Of a stretch of DNA of 64,000 bases, positions 32,301 to 45,100 are shown in pieces. Source of the DNA: Phallusia mammillata (lineage: Eukaryota); contig OZ281498.1 of the NCBI GenBank assembly GCA_965637545.1, positions 17,050,001 through 17,114,000 on the forward strand, read 5' to 3'. The notes under the pieces were generated by a model. The model was not told the DNA's origin, did no database searches, and saw nothing but the letters and a program-made list of their open reading frames with translations. Positions within the stretch are counted from its first letter, which is position 1; each line of letters opens with the position of its first letter. Both the position numbers and the translations under genes were made by a program.

Positions 32301-35300
32301 GATAACGCCACGTGTCGTAACGTAATTGGTTCGTTTTTATGTTACTGCTTTGATGGCTTCTCTGGCAATGGAACTCATTGTGCAGGTAGGATTTTCAAAC
32401 AACTGAACAATACGAGTTATGAGTGAACAGAAATATCGAAGTTCTCGTGTATCTGGTAGTTTAGAACAGGGGTCCGCAAATAGTGGGTCGCGACCCAAAT
32501 TTGGGTGGCGAGACCTTCCAGTCTGGGTCGCGAAATATTTTAAATTTCCCATGAATATAAGCATCGCATCTACAGCATTAATGAACTTCGGCTTTTCCAA
32601 CCTTATGATATGACTATGTAACTGTTACATACAGTCTATGTAACAATGTAATACTAATAAATTAAGCGCACCTGTGCAAGCATGCGGTTCTCATTTGTTA
32701 GAATAAATACGTTCGTTTACCTACTGTTTAATGTGAAAATATCAACTGACAATAGCATAATACTAGTCTTAATATTGTCATTTAGTTGTTTATTATTTTC
32801 CACAAACTTACATGCCAACAAAATGCTTATGTCGCGAGAATTTAGAGCAATTTTTTTAGGGTCGCGTCAGAAAGTATTTGCGGACCCCTGGTTTAGAACC
32901 ACGGTTACTGTTTTCATGTTTGCTTGATTACCGTGACAAACTCAATATGAGAAAATCCAAAAGTACCTTATTCTTTGCTGTCTCCCTACGTTTGCCGTTT
33001 TGCTTTGAAAAATAACAAATTTTACCAAAGAGCGCCGATGTATATCATTACAACCACTTTGTCTAATAACTTGCGATAAAACTGGCATTACTTCTTCACT
33101 TTCGTTCTTTACATTTACTTGTATGGGACGACCATTGCAAATAGAAAAAAATGTTTCTTTTTCAGACATCAATGAATGTTTGGAAAATCAGTTTCTATGT
33201 GAAGACAATGCAAAGTGTTTCAACACGTTGGGTTCCTACTCTTGTCAATGCCTATCGGGCTATGAGATGAAAAATGGATCTTGTCAAGGTGCGTAATTTT
33301 TCAAATTCGCAAATATAGCGAACACGCAATTTCATCAAATTACACCAGAAAACGTTTACAGATATCGACGAATGTGTTTTGGGCACAGCAACGTGTGACA
33401 CAAATACACAAGTGTGCGTCAACAACCAAGGGTCTTATGATTGTCAATGTCGGAAAAATCTGCGGTGGGATGGAAGCCAGTGTCGACAACGTAAGTTTTA
33501 TTGGTCGCTAAGAGGCGACAAGGAGCCAAATGTATACTGATTGAATATGTGACTATTTATAATCTGTGCCTTTAATAGTGCTGGTTTTGACTGTTTACAT
33601 CGATTTTTAAACATAATATTTTATTCAGCACCAAACGAGTGTGCGATGGGAACTCACGACTGCCACCCACTGGCAACTTGTATTCATGAAGGTCCAACAT
33701 ACTCTTGTGTGTGCAACGAAACTTCGTATGACAACAGCAGCAAAGGAAGAAACTGCGGTTAGTTGGAACAAAGCTGTTCGCCAATAACATACTTCGGAGC
33801 AAGCAGTCAAAAATTTAATTTGAAAATCATATTGCACAAATACTTGCACCTCGGATCTCTCGCGTCTACGTGATATTAGGGGCAATTAAAATTAAAACAT
33901 GCTGTTTCTTACGCAAGAAGTGCACGTTTGTGGCGCTTTTCAATAAAGTATGAAACTTGTGACATTAGGTTTAAATTTTTAGTTTCCCCGGTGAAAGTGA
34001 GTTGTACATCGAGAAGCATCTCGGTGGAAGTAGTTGCAGAATATTACAAGATGAAACACATCTTCTTACCCGATCTGCATCTCAATGACCGGAGCTGCGT
34101 CGGGGTAAAGTCATCTTCTTCGGGAAGTCACTGGATCTTTGAAATCGACGATCTTACATCCTGTGGAACAGTCGTGCGCGTACGTTTTGGATATAAAGCA
34201 AAATTTTAAAATATTCCTTTTTTTCATGTTTATATATATGTTTAACCAAATGTGGTTTATCACAGAGTTTTATTACTTATTTGGTTTGTTAATAAACAAA
34301 GTGTTTGTATCGCTTATGAAAGCAAACAAACATTTGTTTGAACGTTTTCATAATTTCCTGTAACATATAGAGTTCTAGACTTTTATAGCTCGATGGGCTT
34401 TCGATAAAGGTGCTTTTTTCTGCTTGAAAAAAGTAATTTCTCTGTTGAGTATACTGTATATTATGAGTGCTCTCTGCGTTTGTTTTTACCTTGGTTTCTG
34501 GCAATGTTTCTGAAAACCGTAGAAAGGTTTTCAGATATTTATCGCAAGAGTTTTAAATCTTTGTTGATGTATTCGCAGAAAAATCGTACCCACGTGACGT
34601 ACTCCAACGTGTTGTCTAATGCCGTGGATAGCGGAGTCTACCTGGGAACATTTGTCAGCGTTCCTTTCTCATGCTCATATCTAAGCAATCTTACCGTTGC
34701 TCTCCCAACACCATATGTGCCACAAACAAAGTAAGTTATATATTTGCCAAATATCATTCGTAGAAACCCTATACCACCGTGCTGTATTTTAATTATATTT
34801 TAAATACGCGTCTTACCCAGTTAACATTAGGCGTTTCCTCACATGCTAAAATAACAATTTCAAAAGGTCGATTGTAATGGATTAAAACATGTTGCGTTTA
34901 TGTGCTTTCACTAGTTTCCAAAATTAAAAACTTGAATGTCCAGACTATGAATGTCCAACTGAACAGTAGTTCCAAAAATTTGGACACCAGTTAAACTTTT
35001 CATTGCAGTGTAATCAGCATATCTGGACCCAATGGCACAGGAACATTTGTAGTTGAAATGCATCTTTACACTGACTCAAGCTACACGAAGATCAGCAACG
35101 AGACTGTGTACGCAACAACCGACACTCTATACGTCCAGGTTCGTAGTCAAATGAGTCATCATAATTTAAAAAATTAAAACTGGCTTTAAAGTTTGCAAAT
35201 TAACTTTAACATGATAAAGTAACTTGCTACCGATACTGCAGTTTTGATCCTAACTTCAATGACTATCGTTTCGTAACAGTTAAAAATATATGGTTTACAA

Positions 35301-37183
35301 TATTTATACTCTGAGTTGCTTCACAACTGTTTGAAATTTAATGTGACAAACAAACTGTTATCCTGTTATTGACCTGAAAAAAATGAAATGCAAGATAATA
35401 ATAATTTTGCCTCCCCAGGTGAAATTGACAGCTGATGATGAAAGATTAATTCTTCTTATTAATGAGTGTTGGGCGACTCCATCAAACAGTGGAAGTGATC
35501 CAAATGGTTACACGTTCATCGACGACGGGTATTGCATTTTGTAAAAGTTTTTTTTTAATATTCTATTCACCCTGAGCAGTATAGAAAATCATAAGTCCAC
35601 AGTTGCAACCATACACTTTACATTTAAAGCTCAATATTGTTTCCAAAGGCACATACTTTCCGATTTGTGTACAGTAGTAAACCCGAGTTAAATTGTTTTC
35701 AGATGTCCCATTCCTGGAAGAGTTGCCGACACTGTTCGGGTAAGTTAACCAAAATCACAGCAAACACAACATTTAAACATTTTACTTTGCCTGCTAGTGT
35801 TCCTTTGGACTATTTTCAAATACCACTTTATCAACTGTTATTCCAAAAAAAATTTACTGTTATTCCTAATTTTATAAAATTCGTTATGTATCATAGGTGA
35901 CATCAAACGGACAGGGAAAAACTGCACATTTCCAATCTCAAGTTTTTGGTTTTGTTGATTACAACACTACTTACCTTCACTGCACTGTAGACCTCTGTGC
36001 ACAACATCAAGGAGAGGATTGCCAAAGGGTACGTCGTTTATACCACACAAAAAAAACTCGTTTGTGTCATTGAAAAACAATATATCTATAGCAACGCTTC
36101 CCGTTTACAATTTAATAACCTGCAACAAATAGGTTTTTCGTATTGCTTGTTCGCACAGGTGTAATAATCAAACTTTCCACGTCCATTATAAAAGCGAGAA
36201 GTTGGGAGTAGTTTGTTACGCAAAGTAATTTAGGATTTAATATTCATGTAATTTCAGTCATATTGAAAACTACTGTATTAGTTGTTTTCAGTATAATGTG
36301 GCTTGATAGTGCTAAAGGTGCACCCTACTCGTATTAATCTTTCTGCATCAGACCTGTAGGTCTTCGGGCCAAGTTTGGGCTTGTGTTTTAAGAAAGCGGG
36401 CATGATTCGGGCCTGACTTTACATTCAAAATATTGTTTTCCGGGCTTGAATCGGGCTTTTTTAATTAGATTTGGATCGAATTTCCGGCTTGAACTTTCCG
36501 GTTCAGGCCGGGTCAACTCTGGTCTGCGTTATGGTTAATACCGAAATCAACTTGCACAAGTCAATATTACACAAAAAAGTTGACAATAAGTCACATAGAA
36601 GTAAATGGCACTCGGTGTTCAAAAGCTGTCGATGCTTAACATATGAACCCATTTCATTTGTGCTTGTATTCTTTGCCAGAGCTGTAACCGAAGTAGAAGG
36701 TCAGTGTTTTCTCAAAATCGTGAACGGCGCTCTGCTGATATTCAGTTTCTATCTCTTGGACCATTCATTTCGGGCAAAAGTAAGTTGCCGATTTTATCAA
36801 GTTGTTTCTCTTTACATTTTGATACGAATTTGGTATGGGTTTAAACACAAATTTTCATAACAGGAAGCACATTTGCAAATCACGTTGATGGATTCTTTTC
36901 ACGCCACTTTTCCACCATTATCAGTGCCTTTGTGTCTGCCGTCGTCCTGATGATATGTCTTGTTTTGTACGTTGTTGTAAGCGGACAACGACTGCAACTG
37001 CGAATTTTGCGGCGTTTCAGTGCTGAAAATGCGGCCAATAAGCACGATCGAGTTCGAAGCGGCAGCAACGCAACAGCTATCCGTAATCTTCACGCTGTCA
37101 TGGCGTCTGACGATGCGGCTGTCGGCAAATGTCACGAGCACGGAGCTGGTGGCACGTCATCCTTTGAGTGCAGTCGGGTGTGA
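26353..37183 (+). CDS. Type I membrane protein: signal peptide + 13 EGF (mostly calcium-binding) + ZP domain + furin sites + TM, about 986 aa (VC120/uromodulin-like layout)
   Basis: 23 exons: 26353-26428, 27702-27806; EGF exons 28251-28382, 29005-29127, 29412-29537, 29640-29762, 30072-30188, 30348-30473, 30647-30769, 30923-31039, 31636-31752, 32269-32385, 33166-33288, 33362-33490, 33629-33757; ZP exons 33983-34179, 34579-34730, 35009-35138, 35419-35528, 35703-35739, 35897-36028; then 36680-36779, 36864-37183 (2961 nt, in frame). D[IVL][DN]EC starts and CxNxxGS[YF]xC motifs; ZP hallmarks [41 protein letters not shown]; RSRR/RERR; EHP-like LSLGPFI; [23 protein letters not shown]. In-frame upstream ATG at 26311; AATAAA at 37714. 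Confidence 0.9.
26925..27309. mobile_element. hAT MITE (family B, copy 2, inverted and older)
   Basis: Aligns to the reverse complement of 24425-24843 over most of its length; degenerate TIRs; flanks TATTAGAG/TATAAAAG. Confidence 0.8.
28622..28853. mobile_element. Degenerate hAT MITE
   Basis: Left end CAGTGGTTCTCAAAC; right end decayed (GAAGATTACTG); flanks CTCTACAT/CTTTACAT (7/8). Confidence 0.6.
32467..32890. mobile_element. hAT (Charlie/Buster-type) MITE
   Basis: 16-bp perfect TIR CAGGGGTCCGCAAATA; perfect TSD GTTTAGAA; lies in the intron between EGF10 and EGF11. Confidence 0.9.
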
Positions 37184-38482
37184 CAGACAATAATGGTCAC
37201 GTGACGGCAAAGCAAATCGCAAAAGTCTTGACCATTTCGCTGATTTATCGCGGTACCAACATTGTTGTTGGTTTTGCAGGCAGCTACACGCCGTATCTAA
37301 TATAACCAACTGTTTTTAAAGTACGTTTTCAACTCGCAAAATACTACTTTATAATGTGGTCATGAAAACTGTTACATTATGTATCATGACTATATATTTA
37401 TTGCAATTATATCGTATTTTTTTATTATTGTGTGATTTTAGTTTCCATGTTTGTTTGGCGCCTTACCTTGTGTTTTCTTTCATTTGCATCAAGCATAGCA
37501 AGAGAAACAGAAGGAGTATGACAAAACATGCCAAAACTGGTACATAATTTTTTTTTGAAATTTGGCACAAGCACGCTTAAAAATGCATTTTACTTGTCGC
37601 AAAACATTTACTTACTTTCGTTATGTGTCAATACAATAGCAAATAGAATTGGTTGGTTTATGTACGAAACGAGTGTTATTAGTTAAAAAACAACTTAATA
37701 GACTTGATCAAATAATAAATAAACACATAGTACAGTTTTTAGCTAAATCCACTTCACTGTTATTTTTGTAAAGTTTTCGCAAAATTTTAGGAAACCTAGA
37801 TTTAAGGAACATTGTTCTGCCCCACATAAAACTAACAGGAAACGTATGAAGTGCTTGCGGAAATAAACAACGTACCCCAAACACCGCAAAGGACGCTTTT
37901 AGCAACGCATTGTTTCGGTGTTTACAGCAGAATCAATACAACAAATACTTCAAATCACACAATCCCTTTACAAGATTACGAAGGATTCAAACACACGAGT
38001 ATATGTTTTACGAAAGCCTGTGTAGGCATTCAAATGCTTGGGCCGAATTTAGGGCAGTCTATTTGAAATTTTTGATGCTTGTTTTGAGTAGGTGGATCTG
38101 TTTGTACAGACCGTAATGGAATTGACCTTTCGTTTGTGACAAGACGAAAAGAAACGAACCCCAAAATTGCAAAACTGTTTGTTTTATAACACCCCGGAAA
38201 CACCGATCTTGTTCAGTTTACTGTACCATGTAACTTTGATGTTTCGTTTAAGGAAGTCTGTGCTTTTACACTGCTCTAAACAATGTATCAAAACCGCAAT
38301 GAAGCCGTTTTAGGGGTTCGCGTGCGTGCACCTGGGGCCGTTATTGGAAAAGGGGTCAATCATATTTTGAGAACATGCGTCACTCAGTCAAAACTAAACG
38401 TTTCTCTTACGTAACGCTATCCGTGTCGCGGCTCTTCGAGGTCAACTACCCCTCGTCCGCGGGAAAACGTAATGAAAAAAGC

Positions 38483-38618
38483 CGCGGAGTGATGAAACTA
38501 ATCGCGAACTCGCGCCGGAAATGGGATTGCGTGCTTGAAGCTAACGGACAGCCACCTTTGAACTTGCGGCCGTACTTGGGACTTGGGCGGGAGTTCCAAA
38601 AACTGCGTTCTGACCGCG
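38483..38618 (+). ncRNA. Possible box C/D-like RNA (weak candidate)
   Basis: CGCGG-A-GTGATGA (box C, 38489-38495) ... CTGA (box D, 38610-38613)-CCGCG, giving a 5-bp terminal stem in kink-turn geometry. No convincing rRNA guide recognised. Confidence 0.2.
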
Positions 38619-39147
38619 CCCTGGGAACGCAGCTGCGTTTCTCGCCAATAGCGGATATGTCGACGAAAGTTTTTTCTTTGTTTGTTGGCCTATAAAACAT
38701 GCAGTTGACATAATGTACTGCACATCTGCGCCCAGCATTGGCGTTAGGAGTCGCTCAGCTTTACAGACTCGTGAGTCGGTGTGAGAGGTTTTGCAACTTG
38801 CAAGTCACTGGTTGATTGTAAATGTTACCTGCTGTTTTTTATAGTTACATTTGGTTGGAATTATAACAAATGCATGTTGCATTGTTTGTGCGAATATTGT
38901 CAGTGATCTTGCAATATGCTGCTTATAGCATTTTGTATATTCGTAGTTTTTTCTTCATGTCAAAAATATTCACCCTAAAAGAAAAAAAACTCCTAAAACA
39001 ACTTATTATAATTAAAAACGGCATATACGTTCGTTAAAAATAGGATAAAACGTTGAAAAAAAAACGTTACACTGAAAAAATAAAAAAATAAAAGTCAAGA
39101 ATATTGTTTTTTTCTGTAAGTTGGTTTTTGTAAAGTATTGTCTCGAC

Positions 39148-42100
39148 ATGAAAGCAGTACGCGCCGTTTGCCTTTTGCTTTGGTTTGGAATCGAAACGGT
39201 TTGTGCCGCAACATTGGGAGGATATCTAAGATGGCGTCCGATTCCTGGAAGCACGACAGTAAGTTTTAACAAATACGTTTGCATAGTACGACGTTGTTTG
39301 ATCGAAATGGGAAAATGGTTTTATACATTGATGATACAACCTACTTTAGAAGATGTTTATTTTGTTGAATTGCATCCTTCCGATTTGTTTGTGCAAAAAA
39401 ATGGGAAATAAATACTATGCAACCTAATAGCGCACATAATTACTCCACATAAAATTAAATTTATTTTAAAAAATCAACAGTAGTTTACCGCTGATTGCAT
39501 CATGCAGTTAAAACTATTGGTATAGCACGTATGTTAATTAATCACAGTACGCCAGGCCCATTGAAGGATTTGCATATGAGTGTGCCGTGATCGCTGGTCT
39601 GCATAGACGCTTCAGGGCTGATCCCAGTTATGAATTTATGTTTTTCTTAACTTAAACACGTATGTTGCCTAGATTTCATTAAATAGCATTTATTATACTT
39701 CAATTTCTGGCATCACTAGTAATAAATGCATTCTCAGTTACTACATCAAAATACACAAAACAAAATTTGTAGGACGTAACTCTTGAGACGAGCGCTGTGT
39801 TTGATGATGCAACATGCGGCCCGTCGGGTGGCACAAGCAGTTGGGATAATTGCCCTGGTTGTAGTAGACCATGGTCATCCAGCGAAGGTACATGTATTCA
39901 AACGGACAGCGACAAAATTTGGTCTATTAACTATGCCCAGGAAACATATTTGCTTTCCGAATCAACGGCCACACCTACGTAAGTGTTATAATATTTAAAG
40001 TTTTGGGATTAAATAGTTTGTGCAAAAATTTTAAAGAATTAATTGCAACACACCCCACTATGGTTTTGAATATTTTAGCTTATATTAACTAAAGACATTA
40101 TGGTATTTTCAGGGTAATACCTACCGATTTAATTTAGCCCAAACTTTCGGTTTAAATAAACATAATAACTTCTTGTGCTAGGTTTAAACAAGTAACTTAA
40201 TCGTTAAAAAAATAACTTTTCGATCTCTTTTGTACACCCTCCAATCGTGATTGGTGTTAATAAAGTTTCGTAAAACCACAAACCTGTTTTAGTGTTAATT
40301 TATTTTTTCTTTTCCTGTGGCAGTTTAACACAAAACGGATTTGACCGTGGACCACCCCCTTCAATTGTAAATAGAATTTTAAGCACGGAAATCGACACAC
40401 GGTTTAGATCAGACACAGGAAAAGTGAACTCTCCACCAATCACGGTGCTCCGACCTGTGATCACGTGAGTTACGCTTGACTGATCCTCATAGTTCGGAAA
40501 TTATTCACTGGGCACCGGCAAAAAAGTCTTAAAACTGCCTGCAAAGTATGAAGATAAACCAAACTACTTTGTTAGTTCTGTAAGTTTGTAATCATTTTTG
40601 TTTTTCCACAAATGTTTTTTTTCCACGGGGTTCGAACTTAACGCTGCCGGGGACAAATCCCGATGAATTTGTGTTTACATGGGTCAGGCGCGCCGGACCA
40701 TTCGGCCAAGTACCTGCTAATCTGTGATTTATCGGGTATTTGTAAAAACGAGTTCAAAATTTAGAGATATTCATTGTTTCAAGGGTGAAAACCAGTTTAA
40801 GTGGCGTTTTAAACTATTTTATATGGGTACCGTCTGGTATTACTTGTTAATTTTTTTCAGTGTAAACTCCGGGTGTGAAAGGGAAATTCCAATATTTGTA
40901 CGTGACGAAGATGGAGATAATATTGAATGTCGATTACCAACAGACACCGCACACTGTGGAGACTTTTGTACCGATAGTTCTCACATTACTTTAACTGAGG
41001 TAGGCTATATTTGTGGTACAGAGCAGCTATAGATCATACAAGCGACACCATGACGTTAAAACATGTTTAAAATTGCATAACTATCATTTTTTGCCATTCT
41101 GGTTTTAATATTTGAATGTATCAGGTAAAAAGCAGCATGAATTAAGTTGTATGAAAACATGCCCTTAAAATTGATTATGTTAAATCGACGATGTATACCT
41201 TACAAAACGCGCTTTACTAAAAATCTAACGATAACAGTTTTCAATCCAAAATCCTTTATTTTTAGTCCACGTGCGTTATCACATACAACGGTGGCGGGGT
41301 TGTCACAACTGGTGATATAGTTGTATCAATGTTCATCGAAGACTTTCCAGTATCAGACATCACAGTGGGCTCAGACACCGTCACCACGTCCACCAGATTA
41401 AGCCGAGTTTCTCTGCAATTTGTAATACGAAGTAAGTCAGTTTCTGCTCCTGTTCTTTGTAGTCATCTGGATACATATTACTAAAAGAGCAAATTAGTTG
41501 TTTGCAGCTAAAGAAAAATTGGGCATGATTTGGACTTAAAACAAGGTCCGACAATGCATAGGTCATTGTTTAGTTTTGTTCAATAGTTTTGTTTAACACA
41601 GGGCTCGGCAACTTTTTTGTATTTTGTATTGTATTGTGGTTTTGAAACTGAAAACTTATCGCGGACCGGCGTTCAAAAAACTACAAATATTCAGCAATGA
41701 AAACGAATAAATTAGTTTATTATCCCTGGAATACATAGGCAAACTGTTCAAAAACATTTAACCTGAAAAACTATACAGCCCGGTAACGAACTCCTCGCGG
41801 ACCGGCGGTTGCCGACCACTGGTTTAATCGATAACATAACCATTATATCTACACATCGCCACAATGTTCAAATGCATCGGTGTACATCGGCTTCAAGACC
41901 GTTTTTTTTGTTTAACGGAACAGTGTTACATAATTCAATGTTAAGATATGGCGTCCTTATTTTGTTTTTACATTTATATTTTAGTTGAAGCGGGTTTGGC
42001 AGATTGTACCACTTTGCCGGTTTTAGCTGATTTAAGTGGTGGTGATTCTGCTGTCGTCAACACAGGAACAGTTTTCTCTCAAAATGTTGTAGCTTCCGCA

Positions 42101-45100
42101 ACCGGATCAACGTAAGTGCTTTAATATCTTTTTTTCTGAAATGAAATTGTAATTAGACAACTTTATATGCTTAACGTTCGTACAGGCACGCAGATGTTAT
42201 ACTTTGCTTCATATTATTTTGGTAGTTTTGTAACCAAGGTTTGAGTTTTCACGTACTAGCACTTTACACACAATGTTTTTGATTTACCTCATTTTAAAAT
42301 CCGAAAAAATGTCAGAAAACTGTTGACATTTTTTAACTCAAATTTTACATTCAAAAATAGAGTCACAAAAATCACCGCCTTTGGTCTAAACACTGTCACT
42401 TCATCATCTGTTACTGCGGTGGCAGGAGAAGCGGACACTTACACCGCCGATTTTACGTGGACTGCAGACGCTGTATACACGGGAGAAAACACCGTATGCT
42501 TCACAGCAGAGCTTGCTAGCGGGTACATGAAAACTCTTTCATAATTTTGAATTTGTTTGTAATATCTTTTAGCTAATTTTAGAGTGTTTTAACAGCAGAA
42601 ACAAACGCTGTCTTTTTTACAGGACTGAATCGAATCAAAGGTGCAAAACCATCACTGTCGAAGGTATTTCATTTTCGACGAGTATTTCTTAAATAATTTT
42701 GAAATGCAAAACTGTCACTTTTACATTGTATTTCGGCTTTATTTTCTAATTTCAATTGCTTAATTTTGCACATATTAATTAAATAGCGCGGAAAAAACTT
42801 CCACCAAAACTTTCGCTATCAATTCAAACACATTTGGCTATTGTGAAAATTTTAGAAATTTTTTTTTTCACAGAAGTAACCAATGTTACAACCACAGCTA
42901 CGACGGCGGCTGCTGAAGACCCTACGACAGCGGCTGTAACCACATCAGAAGTAAATCCATGCTTGACAGCCAATGGCGGTTGCAGTGACATATGCAACTG
43001 GTCAAGCGGAACGCCGGTCACGTGCTCATGTACAAACGCGTGCTGGCATTTGGCTAGGGATGGAAAGAACTGTATACGTAAGTGGAAACTTAAGTAAATT
43101 ATTGTTCTATTTGAATAAGGAACTGATCTTGTTGTAAATGTTGATCTGCGCTAACGTATATTTATTATTTGTCACAAGAATTGTATGACGATGATAGATT
43201 TATTAAGTTTTAAATAGGTGCTTGAGATTTTGATTTGGCTTACAATAGAAACAAAATATTTTTTTTACATTATTTAATGTTATCAAATAGTAATACCATC
43301 ACGATCCGTATTGTCAAATCCAAGAGAATGGCCTAAAACGTCAACTTAAATTAAGCCCAATTGAGTGTTTAGTTAAATGATTACATTGACTTCCACACCT
43401 TCTGTTGTATATTAAACAAAATACACGTGTTTATTTAGCTGAAGTCCAGCTCCTTTGTGAAGACGGTCTGGCTAAAATTTCTGTGGATAAGTGCGCAAGC
43501 TCTGGAATCATCTCAGTAAACGATTTTGATCCAATCAATTCGCCCGAAAGCATACCTTCAAACTGCCGTCCTGCTGACAACGGAACGCATACGAACTTCC
43601 AATATTCTTTGAACCTATGCGGCAGTTCCATAGTCGTAAGTTGGATACTCTTTTGTTTGCTTTTTCAATTATTATGTTCATCCTTCTTTGCAGACGTTTT
43701 CTTTAGCGAATTATAGCCTTATAGAGTATGACAGCCCTTTATATTTTGACACATTTATGAATTAAATGATCATTCAAAACAACTCCTTTGAAATAAAAAT
43801 TATCACCAGAAAACTATGTTAAAATTTGATGGAGCATAATGTATTTTATCCCATGTAGCGCGACGAAGCATCGCAATCAGAATTGAGCGCACATTTTGTA
43901 TTTTTTCATACATTTCTTCTTGCAAATTAACCCATAACGATTACTGATATAAAAAATGACAAAAACCAACCCCTTCTTAGGATAGCAGCACGGCGATCGA
44001 GTACACAAACAACGTCAAATTTTGGACAACTGATACGGGAACAACGATTACCAGAGGAACAGGTTATGTTGTTTCTGTGGTCTGTTCCTTTCCCAAGTAC
44101 AACAATCTCTCTTCGGAGTTTGACCCTTTGGATGATTTCGTCAACTTTTTGGCTGTTCCCGGACTTGGCTTCTTCACTTTTGATTTCATGTTCTACTTTG
44201 ATGAAACTTTTGGGGTACGGCTGTTTTAATTAATTACTTACCAAAAGTTTAAAAATCAAATCGAGTCCAGTTTGGGTTTGTAGTATTTTGTACTCTATAA
44301 TAATGTAAAAAAATGATTTTCAGGTTCTGTGATTGACGTTCCAGTTTTGAATCGATCAAACAAAATTACAATTAATTGATTTGGTACAACCTTATACAAA
44401 ACTACTTGTATAAACACAAATTTTTGTAGATGAAGTCCAACATATTACTCAAGTCGAGTAAAACATTTGATCACGTGGGATATGTTAAATCCACCCATTT
44501 AAAACTCGCAGATTAAACAAAATTATCGCCTTAGCCCCTGCTGTCCCCTAAAGTAAAAAAACTAATAAATAAACATAAAAAAATGCCCTGCTCAGACAAA
44601 CATTTACGTGCAGGACTGACCTTTAAGTATAAATCTGTAGTAAAATATGTAGAGTATCACCTAAATTGCGTTGGTAAATATGCATTTATTCATTACAGGT
44701 TGTACGTGGTGATACACCGGTTCGATACCCACTTAACTCGGACATCTACTTTGCAATCGAAGCAACAGGTGGTTCAGGTGTTGAACTCTTTACGGAAACT
44801 TGCATAGCTGAACCCACCGCTCCTGTTGCTGAAGGAAGTACGCCCGAACAATATACCTTGATTGAAAACGGGTAAATTTTTGTGTTATTGTTCAAATATT
44901 CATCTTTGTCACATATTAACGCCGAAAAACAAAATAGGCAAAACTTTGGAAAGATCTTTACACTATAATGTAGGTATAGCATTATTAGCAGAAATCGATA
45001 AAACTAAAACCCAAGGACGATAACACTCCCAGTTTTCCGGTTGTGAAGTGAATTGCCTATTCGCTTGCCAACAGCTAATCATTTAAGCCCAAACGTTACG

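Noticed and set aside
36029-36235. Intron read-through giving RVRR + stop (secreted isoform), and a cryptic exon at 36159
   Set aside because: Read-through would drop the last ZP-C cysteine and the EHP; the 36159 acceptor gives an immediate stop in the required phase; the 36680 exon fits properly.
38375-38738. Overlapping ORFs on both strands
   Set aside because: Expected in a GC-rich patch; no motifs or splice partners.
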